A stretch of DNA of 64,000 bases, taken from the NCBI GenBank assembly GCA_000388065.2, contig KB932201.1; one strand, 5' to 3'. The notes under the pieces are model-generated. The model was not told where the DNA came from. It did no database searches and saw only the letters and a program-made list of their open reading frames with translations. Every line of letters begins with the position of its first letter. The stretch's first letter is position 1. This DNA comes from Fonticula alba ATCC 38817. Taxonomy: Eukaryota > Protista > Nucleariida. The position numbers were made by a program, and so were the translations under genes. This document shows, piece by piece, positions 35,757 to 51,819 of the stretch.

Positions 35757-36144
35757 GGCGCATTGCCAAGATGCGAATACATGTTCCTGCTCGACCCGAG
35801 AGACAGCAACGAGGGCCTCCTCAGAGCAAAGGCAGGATATTGTTGAAGTTGTCATACCACACAGGGGCACGGGACATTCGGTCCCGGCAAGTAGAGCCAG
35901 CAGGGGGGCGAAAGAAAAAAGCGTGTGAAGGGTCTGTATTCAGTGCGGGACCGGACCGGAGGGGGACAAGAGGGGAAGCCGTGCAGCGGGGGAGGGGGAC
36001 GAAGGAATGGTATTGGTCGGGCTGCGCCTTCGGCTGCGGCGTCCGTGGACGCGGCCAGCCGCGGATGCCCCACCACGCCTCTGGCTCTGCTCTGCACACC
36101 AGGTACCGGCGCGAGACAGTGCGGCGGCGGGAGAGGGAAGACAT

Positions 36145-36509
36145 TTAGCCGCTCTTCTTGACAATCTGAACGACATCCTCATCGTGCAGAACATGGTCAA
36201 TACCAACCTTCTGGGGGTTGTGCTTCGCTGAGGAGCCCCAGACCCAGGCACTGGCAGAGGGGCAAGAGGACGGCAAGGAGGATGGGGGAGGGCGGGTGTC
36301 AGCTGGCGATGGCAAGGCGGGCACAAGGCAGCAGTGAAAGGTGCGCGCCCCTGCCCGATGAGCAGAGGCCCGAGCAACAACGTACTACTTAAAGTCGCGG
36401 GCGAGGCCCTTGTGAATGGCGTTACAGAAGTCCTCAACAGTGGACTTGCTGGCCTTGATGACCACCGGGGCCGAGTAGTCGGGCAGCTGACCGCGGGGCT
36501 TGGTGTAAC

Positions 36510-36555
<46 letters not shown>

Positions 36556-38004
36556 CAGGTCGCGCCAGGAGTTGAATTGGCCGAGAATGCAGCGAGGGAG
36601 AGAGGGAGAGAGAGAGAGAGAGAAAGGGCGAAGCAGAGGCGTGTGTCAGGCAAGGCAACGGGAAAGGGGGCTCGCGTGGATGGCAAAGGAAGATGCTCCT
36701 GGCGACTGGCTGTCAATGGCGCTCGCCGCGTCACCCCGCCGGTGAATCTCGAGCCTCTTGCTGCTGAGCTCGCGCGCGCGCGCGAGGGGAGGAGGGGGGG
36801 GGGACGGGGGGGCACAGAGCATACGCACATTCGCTTGAGGTTCAGGTAGTCCCAGGCCTTGTCCAGGAGCTCGTCGAAGTTCCACTCGTGGTGCGCGGAA
36901 ATGGGCACAACATGATCGGTCTTGGTGGTGAGGATCTCCAGCTCCTCGATGGAAATCTGATCGATCTTGTTCAGGACATAGATGCAGGGAATGTACAGGC
37001 GGTCACCCTCAATGACATCGATCAGCTCGTCGGCGGTGCAGTCCTCCCGGAAGGCGATATCGGCGTTGTGGATGCGGTACTCGCTGCAAATGGCCTTAAC
37101 CTCGTCATTGTCCAGGTGCGTCATGGTCACGGTCGAGGAGATGGCAATACCACCGCGCTCCTTCCGCCGGAAGGTAATCTGCGGCGGGGCCCGGTTCAGC
37201 CGGATGCCGTAGCCCTCGAGCTCGCCCTCGAGAATCCGCTTGTGGCCCAGGGGCTTCATCACATCCAGGACCATGAAGATCAGGGAGCAAGTCCGCGCGA
37301 CGGCGATCACCTGCCGACCACGACCCTTGCCATCCTTGGCACCCTCGATGATACCGGGCAGATCCAGAATCTGGAACTTGGCACCACGAAGGTACAGCAC
37401 ACCGGGGACCGTGGTCAGGGTGGTGAATTCGTAGGCAGCCACGGCCGACTCGGTGCCGGTCAGCTTGGACATGAGGGTGGACTTGCCGACCGAAGGGAAG
37501 CCGATGAAGCCGATACGCGCGACACCGGTCTTGGCAACGTCGAAGCCTGGTGCTCGGGGTCAGTGGTGGGGAGGGGGGAGGGGAGAGGGGATGGGTGTGT
37601 GTGTGTGTGTGCATGCGCGCGCATGCACATGCGCTCAAGGATCGGCAAGAGCGCATGGAGGAGAGAGGGGGGGGGGCGCCGAGGATGTGCGTACCCTCAC
37701 CACGGCCGCCGCCGCCGCTGCCGCCGGACGGCTCGAGCAGCTCACGGCGGAGCTTGGCCAGGCGGGCCTTAAGCATACCGATATGCAGGGCGGTGGCCTT
37801 GTTCTTCTGAGTGCGGGCCATCTGTGTGGCGCGGGCGGGTCGTCATTGGGGAGGAAGGCAGGGGGTGGGGGAGGACACTGGGTAAGTCGCAGAACGGTTT
37901 GCGGGGGGGGGGGGGACGCACGTGCGGGCTGCGGAGCCGGCATGTTCGCCGCGGTGCGGACGTACCTCGGCCTCGATCTCAGCGATACGAGTTGCGACGC
38001 TCAT
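36145..38004 (-). CDS. DRG1: Developmentally regulated GTP-binding protein 1 (Rbg1; OBG family + TGS), multi-exon
   Basis: [42 protein letters not shown]...[24 protein letters not shown]...[19 protein letters not shown]...NKID...[12 protein letters not shown]...[29 protein letters not shown]. Diagnostic residues favour DRG1 over DRG2. Confidence 0.98.
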
Positions 38005-38983
38005 GGTGGTAGATCGACTGGGGCGCGGGTCCTCTCTGTGAGGTTGGGCAGGCGCGGTTAGAGCGGAGAAAAGGAGGGGGGACAATCGAATGGGGACGGG
38101 AGGAGGGAGGGGAAGGAGGGGAGGAGGCAAAGGGCGGGGAGAGGTACAAAGAAAGAAAAAAAGGAATCGGGGACAGAGTCGGTTGTGGAGGAGGGACCGC
38201 GGGAGTCACCGGTTACGGGGCGCCTCTTCAGAGTGGGTTTCTGAACACCCTTGCCGCCAGGTTAGTGGGCAGTCCGACGGGCGGCGTCTCTCCGGACAAA
38301 TGGCCCCGCGCCCGTGTTCCCCCCCGGGCTGGCGCCCACGGAAGAGGCCGCGGACGCGTGCGCGCGGCATCTCGACGCTGGGCCGGGACGCGCGCATGGT
38401 ACGCTCGGTCAAACTCACAAGTCGTGGCCTTGTGCCTCCCCCCATGCTGTTCCCCCCCCCCCCCCCCCCCCCCCCGCCCCGCCCTGCGCCCCCTTCCCGC
38501 AACACCGGGCAGCGTATATTTCGAGCGAGCGGGGCGCGGGTCCGGTCCCCCGGGGGGGCGGGCGATAGAAAAAGACCTCGACCCTAGGCCCGGGATTTAA
38601 CCAGGGGATCCGGAGGTCCGGAACTGGTCGCATCTCCGGCGCTTAGGATCCAGGCAGACGCGGGCTGGGCGGCGGGGCTGCCCATGCATGCATGCGACGA
38701 GGCCGACCGACTGGCCTCCGCTCCCTCGCGTCGGTGCGTCGCCCGATGACCCGTGTGGAAAGACGCCGGCCGCACAGACGAGAGGGTCGCCAAGCCCTGG
38801 GGGACGGGCATGCCAATGGAGCGGAACACCATTCGATTCTACACAGTGGCGCATGATACAAATGCACGAGAATACACGTGACACCGAAGGGGTTTTCTGG
38901 GCACCTTTTTGCGGCTGCGAGTCAGCCAATGCCTTCTTCGGCGTTTGCGGTCCGTTCATCTTGCTCGCACGTTTGTGTGTATG

Positions 38984-39019
<36 letters not shown>

Positions 39020-39181
39020 CTGCCGAGGCAGATAGGTCAGTCACAGGGGACCCAAACACAAGGATGGGTATTTATTCCAATGCACAGGCGCACACAGGCA
39101 GGCAGACAGGAAGAAGGCGGGCAGGAAAGCGCAGCCCGCCGGCATGGTAAATGGGCATTTGGGGGGGGGGGGGGGGGGGGG

Positions 39182-39225
39182 GGAAAGACCAACACGCATG
39201 CGCCCTCTCTTCTGGGGCATCCCAG
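39182..39225 (+). repeat. 44-nt exact direct repeat, copy 1
   Basis: ggaaagaccaacacgcatgcgccctctcttctggggcatcccag, identical to 40717-40760; both copies follow poly-G. Confidence 0.9.
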
Positions 39226-40089
39226 GGCACTTGTCTCACCTTGCGGTTGGCCTTTTCCGGGCCAGGGGCCGAGGAGGGCGGGAGAGAGTGCATTCGGAAG
39301 CCCATTCCCTTCGCTGCTCTTGTTGTTGCTCCTTGAATCGGCGGCCGAGAAAAGGACAGGGAGAAGCATGTATGTGTGTGTGTATGCGCGCATGGCGACG
39401 AGTGGGGTGTATTTCATCGTCAGGGCGCACGCATCGCTCTCCCGCGCACGATGCCTTATGTCCCTCAAGAAGGATGTGAAGGGGGGGGGGAGGAGGGGGA
39501 GGGGGGTGGACATGCCTGGCTCCCGCGCGCCGAACCGTTCACCGACTCATCCCGGGAGGGGTTGATAAAGGGAGAGGCGGCCGGGGAGACGGTAGCAGCT
39601 AGAAGCAGGGAGGGGGGGGGGCGAGGGAGAAGGAGGAGGCCAGGGAAGAGGGGCCTCGTGGCGGGGCACAACTCAACTCTGGAAGAAGAGCGAGGAGAGG
39701 GGGGGGAGGGAGAGCGAAGGGTGGTGGAAGAGGATGGCCTCACAGGAGACCGGGGGGAAGCGCGGGAGGTGGTGTCACCTGCTTCCTGCCCGGGCGCGGC
39801 AGGCCCCCGTTCCCAGCCCAGTTTGGCCAGGCGGAGAGGGGGAGGGAGGGGGGAGGACAAACCGAGATGGGAGCCGGGGAGCGGTGGCGGGGCGGGAAGG
39901 GGGAAGACCCCACGGAATGTGAAAGGGGATGGGCGTGCGAGTGGGCAGTCTCACACGGCATCAGGAAGGAGCGTGTAAAAGACGATGCACGCCCCTCGGT
40001 CGGAGAGTGGGGCAACAGGAGGAGAGACGATGAGAGGGGGAGAGAGGGAGCGAGAGGGGACCGGGGCGGGAGCACAGCCGGCCGAGGAA

Positions 40090-40425
40090 TTACTTGTTGG
40101 CGCCGGGGGCGAAGCCACCGTTCTTAGCGGCCTCCTCCTCCATGACCTGGGCACGCGGGCGGTTGCCATAGCGCTGGATGTAGTCCTTTTCCCGCTTGAA
40201 GAGGAGGATGTGCGGCTCCGGGGTGTGGAACATGAAGTGCTCCCAGCCGTGGGACTGAGTGACGCCGAGGTCGCGCCACTCGGACTCACTGAGCAGCTTG
40301 TCGCCGCGCACAAAGTGCGCAATCTCCTTGGGCAGGATGACGTGACGATACTCGTACTTGTCATCGGCATACTTCTCCGAGTACATGATCTTCGCGCGAG
40401 CGGCGGCGGAGATCTGGGCGTTCAT
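40090..40425 (-). CDS. CKS1: Cyclin-dependent kinase regulatory subunit CKS1/Suc1
   Basis: A single ORF with [21 protein letters not shown]...[35 protein letters not shown]. An AG acceptor 15 nt upstream of the ATG suggests a 5'-UTR intron. Confidence 0.98.
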   Translation of the reverse strand: MNAQISAAARAKIMYSEKYADDKYEYRHVILPKEIAHFVRGDKLLSESEWRDLGVTQSHGWEHFMFHTPEPHILLFKREKDYIQRYGNRPRAQVMEEEAAKNGGFAPGANK

Positions 40426-40716
40426 GGTGTGCGAGAAGGGCTAGGGTACTGTGTGTGTGTGTGTGTGTGTGCCGCGGGAGAGACGCAGGAAGGTCAGTGC
40501 GGGTCTCGGTGATGTGGCAAGTGTGGCATGGGCCTTGTGGCTGGGCTGGTGAGGGGCGGCGGCAGGAGGGGGCATGCGCCGCGGGCGGCGAAGGAGCGGA
40601 AGGTGCGGGGAAGTGGGTGATAAATACGTTTTGATCGGGCGCGGAGGAAGGAGGGGAAAGAGATGTGTGTGTGTGTGGGGGGGGGGAGGGGGCACTCGGG
40701 GGGGGGGGGGGGGGGT

Positions 40717-40760
40717 GGAAAGACCAACACGCATGCGCCCTCTCTTCTGGGGCATCCCAG
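40717..40760 (+). repeat. 44-nt exact direct repeat, copy 2 (ends at N gap)
   Basis: Identical to 39182-39225. Confidence 0.9.
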
Positions 40761-42350
40761 NNNNNNNNNNNNNNNNNNNNNNNNNNNNNNNNNNNNNNNN
40801 NNNNNNNNNNNNNNNNNNNNNNNNNNNNNNNNNNNNNNNNNNNNNNNNNNNNNNNNNNNNNNNNNNNNNNNNNNNNNNNNNNNNNNNNNNNNNNNNNNNN
40901 NNNNNNNNNNCAGCGCCGGCCGCCCCCGTTCGAGGTTGGCCCCGGCCTGGGCGCGACCCGACCGGGCGTCTGGCTGCATTTGCGGCTCGCGTCCAGAGAC
41001 TTCGCTGTGCCCAAAAAGCGAGCCATTCTCGATGTCGAGTCCCGAAAGCGGGGCTATCCATTTTCATCGCCCCGGCGCCCCCCCCCCGATACTTGACCAG
41101 ATTGCTGGACACTTCTATGGGCGCCCGTGGCGCAGAGGCCAGGCACGAGGACGCTGGCACAGTGGCGCGCCCGGGGTGCAGGACCCCAGCCCGCTGGGTT
41201 GCACCTCCGAGGCAGAGAACCCTCGCATGCCGGGGCAGGGGGGCATTGGCGATTATGGGCAACACGCAGACCTACGACTGTTCTCCGCGCGGGCGCGCAC
41301 CGACACACGGGGCGCCCTCGCCAAGGCACTGGCATAAAAAAAGAAAAAAAGAGGCAGGGCACACCACAGGGGCCGAGGGCGTTTTTGAATTGCCCCAGGA
41401 GGCAGCCGTTTCTCAAGGCGACACAGTAACGGCCGCCTGAATAATCACATGCCCGCACGTGCCGAAGGAGATCAGATGCCTCTTGACATTTTCAAGGCGG
41501 CAGACGTGCATGTACAAGGGGAAACCGAGGGGCGGGGGGCGGGGGCGGGGGGGGGAGGCTGCCCGCCGCCAGCCGATCAGCAACCAGGGCGACCCCCTTT
41601 TTTTTCTTCTTCTTCTTTCGCCAGCCCAGATAGGTCCCGCCGCCGCGGCCGCCGCCGCCGCCGGCCCATCCACACAGCAGGGCTCCGGTGTGTGTGTGCC
41701 TGTCCGCCCCTTTTGAGACAGTTGTTTCTCCTATTCTTCCGGTAGGAACAGGCTACGGGATTGTTGTCATTTCCCTTCCTGTTTGTCTCAGGGGGCGGGG
41801 GGGGGGGGTCGCCGGCTGGCGATCTCGCCACATCCCCGGCGCAGCAGGTCAGAGGGCGGCGGACGGAGCTCCCTCTGGCGGCTGCCCCCCCTGCTTCCTG
41901 GTGGTAGTTTGGATCGCGCTGCCCCTCGTGTCAGGTCAGGCCCCAGCCGGCCCGAGGTCAGGTCGATCGATCGCGGGCGATCGGCTAGTTCGCCCTGTCC
42001 CCGCCCCCCCGGATTTCGGAGCTGCCCACCTGTCTGCGGTAAGGCCCGGGGCAAGGGCCCAAGAGCGCCCACACAGTGTGCGGGGCCCAGTCCATCCCCG
42101 GACAGAAGCCCTCCCTTTCTCCATCTCTCCCGACCGCTCCCTGCACTTCCTTCGGCCCCTCCCCCCCTTCCCTCCCCCCCTCCGTCCCTCCCCTCCCTTT
42201 CCCTCTCTCCGTATTCCTCCGGTGCGGCCCTAGTTCATGATGCCTTTCGTGCCCCCTCGACCCCCGAAAACTCACCCTTCCTCCCCTCTCCCCGCTCTAT
42301 CTCCCTTTGATTCTCCCTGAATTTCTGGCTCCTGCTCTCTTCCAGACACC

Positions 42351-43081
42351 ATGACGAACTTCGAGTCAGAGCAGTTTTTCAAGCAGCTCAAGGACGGTGT
42401 TTCCGGCTTGCCGAGTGACGCCAAAGACCGCATCCTCAAACAGGTTTCTCCCTCCCCCCCCCTCTCTACCTCTCTACCTCTCTACCTCTCTACCTCTCTA
42501 CCTCTCTACCTCTCTACCTCTCTACCTCTCTTTCGCCGTGAACATGCACTAAGCCGCCAATCCCCCCCCCCCTTCTCCCCCCATACCTTCCTTCCTCCCC
42601 TCGCTCCTCGCCTCTTGGCAGGTGAACGGCCTCTTCCAGTTTGACATCACCAACTCCGAGGGTGTGACCAAAATCTGGACGCTCGACCTCAAGGCCGGCA
42701 CTGCCACCGCCGGGTCCCTGGTCGAGGGGCCAATTTCTGGCCGCCGGCCAGACGTGATCCTTAAGATGACCGATGAGAACTTTGCAAAGATGGCCCGTGG
42801 CGAGCTCAATGGTGCCTTACTCCTGCTCACCTTCTGCTCCCCAGCATGCCTATCGTCTGCCACATGACTCTCTCTCTCCCTCCCTCTCTCTCTCTCTCTC
42901 TCTCTTTCTTTCCTTCGCTGTCCTGACACTCCACACACCACTACACCGCATTCGCTCATGCGCGCCTCTCATGTCCACAGGGCAGAAGGCTTTCATGGCC
43001 GGGCAGCTGAAGGTCCGTGGCAAGATTGTCCTCGCCACCAAACTCGACACCATCCTCAAGACCGTCCGGGCTGCCGCCTAA
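42351..43081 (+). CDS. SCP2: Stand-alone sterol carrier protein 2 (SCP2 sterol-binding domain), 3 exons
   Basis: Exons 42351-42443, 42622-42811 and 42981-43081 give MTNFESEQFFKQLKDG...VNGLFQFDIT...WTLDLK...PDVILKMTDENFAKMARGELNGQKAFMAGQLKVRGKIVLATKL. Confidence 0.93.
42462..42530 (+). repeat. Intronic 8-bp tandem repeat (CTCTCTAC)n, about 8 copies
   Basis: Seen directly in SCP2 intron 1. Confidence 0.9.
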
Positions 43082-44309
43082 GGTGTCACTCCCCTTCCTT
43101 TGCAAAAAGCATGGCCGCTGAGATGGCCCTTCGGCCCAGGAGACCGTCTCTTCCGGATAACTATACCAGCTCCCATGAATGCCCCCTCCTCCTTTTGCAT
43201 GGAGAATGTGTCGATCATCCATGCCCTCTCTGTGCCTCCCGATGCCCCTTCTGCTGGCGTCCCGAAAAGCATCCCGTCGACAGGGTCTCGTCCTGCCTCC
43301 CGGCCCCGCCACCTAAGCATCCTGGATGGGGGGCTCCTTCAACAATACATCTCGGCCCTGCGTGATCGTGCCCTGCCTCACCCGTCAGAGTGATACCCTC
43401 CCTCTGGCGACCCCGTGCCCGACAGGGTGGGTCTCTGCTCCGCAGAGAGGATGGCGGACGAAGGGGGCGGCCAAGCAGGGCGGGGGCGGGGGGGAGGAAC
43501 GGGCCGGATCTCCAGACCTCCGGAGCGACCAACTGCCAACGGTCGAGCGGTTCTGCGGAATGACAATAGGCGCAGGGATAATTGCTTGCAGGCGGGAGGG
43601 GGTGGTGGCGGCCGGTGGCGGCGGTGGCCCAGGTGCGCTCCGGGCAGCGGGCCACCGGAGCGAGCAGGACAGACACATATATGCGGCACGCAAAATGTCC
43701 ATCAAACATAGCCCTAACATGGGGGATGGCTCTGAGGCGCGGCACCGACCTCGGCGCCGGAACTGACCCGGCACAAAAACCAGCAGACTCGCCGGGCGGG
43801 TGGGTGCACTCGGCCGGAGCGGCAAGGCATGTCCAAGCATCATAATCCGGTAGAATTCTCTTCCGCAATGAGGGAGTTGGTATTTGCCCTAGCACCATGG
43901 TGTTTCCTCGTGCGCGTCCCCGCCGGTGAGGGTGTCGGGGGGTGGCGTGTGCGCGCGCGCGCGTTTGGGTGGAGGTCGTTTTTTCCCCCAGCGGCCCTGC
44001 GGCGTTCCACTTCCTCCTTTTAAGCCCTCGGGCCACGCCGCGATTCTTGGGGTCGCGCGTCCTTCGCTCGCCGTTGTGGGGCACCACAGGTGGAGGAGCG
44101 TGGGGGGATGCTGCTCGAGAGGGGTAGTTTCCCACCGGCCGCTTGCCAATCTACAAGTCGTGTGCGAGCGCACCCGCCTTTGGCCGCTCCGGCCGACGGC
44201 CGCAATGTCGTACGGTGGTTCCAGCCGCGCTGCCGCCGTGTGGCTTCCAGCACCCGCACGATCGCCGAGTCCGGTCGCACTCTCATGAGAAGTGTGGACA
44301 CGGACGCGC

Positions 44310-44350
<41 letters not shown>

Positions 44351-44581
44351 CGCACGCCCACGCTCGTGCACACTGCTCCGCGCATTTGAAGGACACTGGG
44401 CTGCCCTCGATCACCGGACGGCCTCCGCTATATGCGGTCTTTGCCATCGCGCTTCATCCCTCTCTCCCCTCTGCCCCTTGCTCCGCGCGACCGCGCTCTG
44501 GCCTTTTCTTTCCTCTCCCTCCCCCTCCCTCTCTTCTCTCGCCGCCCTTCCTTCGCCCGCTGCCGCTGTCCATTTCGAACC

Positions 44582-48676
<4,095 letters not shown>

Positions 48677-49247
48677 GGCTTCCTCCCCCGTCCGATGGAC
48701 CGTGCCATCCCGTCCTGCTGCCCCTCCGCCCCCTCCCTCTCCCCCTCCTTCGCTCCTCCCCTTCCTCCGCATGTACCTTTCCTCTCCTGTCCACCTTGGC
48801 CCTTTGTCTGTGCCAATTCGTGCAGCGGAGTGCCCCCTTGACCTTGTTTCCTTTCTCCCTACTCCTCCTCGGGGGAGCCCTCGGGACATGGCTGCCAAGA
48901 TGATTGTGCCGCTGATCTTCCCCTCCCCCCGTTGCTTCTCCTCCTGCTCATCGCGCGCCGTCCCCTCTCCTCGGGCGCGAAAGCGCGCCCGTGTGTACAA
49001 TAGAAAAATCCTCGCACAAAACGCAGCAACAGAGGGCTGTCCATTCTTCGGGTTTCCCCCTTTCGACCGAGAGCCAGTCACACCCCGCCACCCGTGCGGG
49101 CGGTTTGCATTTCCGACACCAGGGTCAGGAGCTTCGGGTGGCGGGCCAAGAAAAAAAAAAAAAAAAAAAAAGGTCAGTGGCCGGCAAAGCATGCATCCGC
49201 AGCTGGCAAGGGTCTCGCAGGCTTCCCCTTTCTTCGCCATTGATCGG

Positions 49248-51405
49248 TCAACCACGTACCTCATTGGCTGGGAGTTCCCCCGTGGCTTCAGCTGGCTGGA
49301 AAGTCAGATCCCGGAGAAGCAAGCCACCCTCGCCGAGGGGCAGGGCGGACCGATCAATCCGAGCATCGACAACCACATCGGCAGACAAAGCCGCAAACGT
49401 GTGTAGGGCCGGAAGTCTCAGCGGGCACCCGGGGGCATGGCTGAACACCGGGTCGAAATCGGCTGAAAGCAAGGCGAGGTCAGTATGGCCAAGGATTCAC
49501 GGCTGGGACAGCGCAATGCAAACGCACGGAGGCTGAGGGCTGCCTGTCGGTAGCGAGTTAAACTTTGCCGCTGTCCAGCGGGAGGAAAGGAAGAGTGATT
49601 CGCGCGCGCGCGCGCGCGCGCGCGTGCCGGCGTGCGTGTCAGTATCACGAGGCAGGGCAAGAAAGTGCACAAGAAAGTGCCACACATACGCACCTGGCGC
49701 CTGGACGGCAGGGCCACAGTGGTGGCTTTGCCAGCGGTGACCTTTCCAGTGTTGCGGCTACCGCCATAAAGGATGCTGTCCGTGTCGAAGGGCAGAATGC
49801 CGGGCAGGGAGGAGGTGGCATCGCGTTCGGGCACAGCCCAACCGAAGGGCAGCCAGGGGCCATGATCCACGGGCCGGGCTGGCTTCGTCGCAGCAGGGTC
49901 ATCGTCGATGCGGGCCAGGCGAGCTTGGATGGCCAATTGCCCGACACGTTCCACACCCGAAGCCGGGCGGAGATGCGAATCAAAAAGACGCTGCGGCTCC
50001 GAAGTCCCCTTCGTGTGGTCCTCCCCACCAGCGGCCGATCTGGCAGCCGGGGGGATGGACCGACCGGAAAAGAGCCACTTCCCGCGAACCTGGCAGCACA
50101 AGACACACAGAAACGTCTGGCTATGCACCGGCGGCGGCATGTCATCGCCGTCAGATCCAAGGCATGCGCTTGGCTGGCGGGACATATGAAGCCCCAGGTA
50201 ATCCGAGAGGCGCGTTGCCTGAGGGTCGTCACAGATGGGTGGGCGCCGGTCGGCGGCCGACGACAGAAGCCCCGGCAGGCCGCGCGTGGCGATCCAGCCA
50301 AAGTCCGATGATGCCGGCCGCCGAGTCGGGGAGGCGAGGCATGCCCTGCCCTCGGCCACGCGCCAGAACAGAGCGCTGACGAAGAAAAGCAACGAAACGA
50401 GATCCTCTTGGTGCGCGTGTGAGAAAGGGACAGACGAAGGGCACAGGGCACGGAGGGGTAAAAGAGAAGGACAGAGAGACAGAGAGAGGGAAGCAGCGGG
50501 GGAAAGGAACCGCCTCCGCCCGAGCGGAGCGAGTGGGCAGACATACCCACGCCCTGAAGGTCGGCCGAGTGCTCCCGGCTCGGGCAGGTAGAAAGGTGGA
50601 CTTGGCGCAGGCGATCGACGTGTCGACTGCGCACGCGCAACTGGCACCGGGTGGATGCCAAGATGTCGGCCATGCGGGTATCGCTCGCCGGGCGAACTGA
50701 CGGAACCACCGCCAGCGCCCCGCAGTGCCGACAGGTCAAGCCCTCAAGGCCTTCCTCCCGGGGGGCAAGGCCCTCCGTGTCGGGGCAGCGTTGCCGGTCA
50801 AAGCCCAGCAGCCAGCAGGACAGCGGCGAGAGTGGCTGCTGCTGATGCAGACGCTGGACCCAAGCATGGAGGGGCGAGTTCTCGGCGGCGGCGGAGGCGG
50901 CGGCGGCGGCGGCCACCGAGAGGAAGGGCTTCAGGGTGGCCGGGACAACGGCACTCGGCTCGATTGGTGCATCCAAGTCCGAAGAGAGACCGCCGGCGCC
51001 GGGCAGAGGAGGGATGCTCCATCCGGCGGAGCCAGGCTGATGCGCACCATTGCGGCAGGATGGTCAGTTGCACGGGCTGGAGGGGGCCGGTCGAGGAAGA
51101 TCACCGGCAGACGTACAAGGAAATACTCCTGCAGCCGGAGGAGTAGGCCTCGGCCGCGGGCAATCTCTTGGTTTAAGATCCGGCAAAAGTGTCCCTCTGC
51201 CCGGATCAAGGTGTCCGGCTGCGGGGCAGCAGAGCTACGAGTGGCACGGGTCAGGGCATTGTCAACACCCGGGGGCAGCGGGCAGCGATCCAAGGTGCAA
51301 GCGTCCAACGCACGAAGAGAAGACCGATTGCGGCGAGCCAAGTGAGAGGATCAGCTGCTCGAGTAGGTGGCGGTGTGCAGCAATGTCGGCTTCGTCGGCC
51401 GCCAT
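49248..51405 (-). CDS. ZC3HC1: ZC3HC1/NIPA (Rsm1/Pml39)-like protein with two BIR-like C3HC zinc modules, multi-exon
   Basis: Module 1 is PLSPLSCWLLGF...LTCRHCG...VHLSTCP (compare ELSPLVCAKYGW..LKCSSC..AHEKFCFW). Module 2 is FLCVLCCQVRGKWLF...FDPVFSHAPGCP (compare LITCSQCMRKVGLWGF...FDPTSQHRDWCP). Both gene ends are tentative. Confidence 0.75.
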
Positions 51406-51819
51406 GATTGGTCTGGGTCGCCCTGCCAGGACGAGCGGCCGACAGCCGAGGAACAGCGGCTGGAAGCGCCCAGCAGCACGCGCCCAGGCGTTTGGTCAGG
51501 AGGGGAAGGGAGAGAGGGGGGGGGGAGGGGCAAGGAGGGGCGAGGGACAGGGCTCGGTGAGGGAGGGAGGGAGAGAGGGGCATGGGGGCAGTGCATGTGA
51601 GAGGGGACTTGGCGGCGGTGCATCGCCGCTGGCCAGGGCGGGGGCTCAAGAGCAGGACACGGAGATACATTGGCAGTTCCGCCCCCCTCGCCCGTGAGGC
51701 CCCATTGCGGAGCGCGATAAGCCCTCCGGCGGCATCCGCCAGAGCCGACGAACACATGCGAGTCATGTGGGTGTATAATATCTATTGTGGGCGAAGAGAC
51801 AGCGGGGGGGGGGCCATTC

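Noticed and set aside
38597-38959. 120-aa minus-strand ORF between CKS1 and DRG1
   Set aside because: No family similarity, splice-site support or codon-bias signal; treated as intergenic.
39191-39200. AACACGCAT resembling part of U6atac snRNA
   Set aside because: Only about 9 nt match, and the U6atac 5' AAGGAGAG box and other elements are absent.
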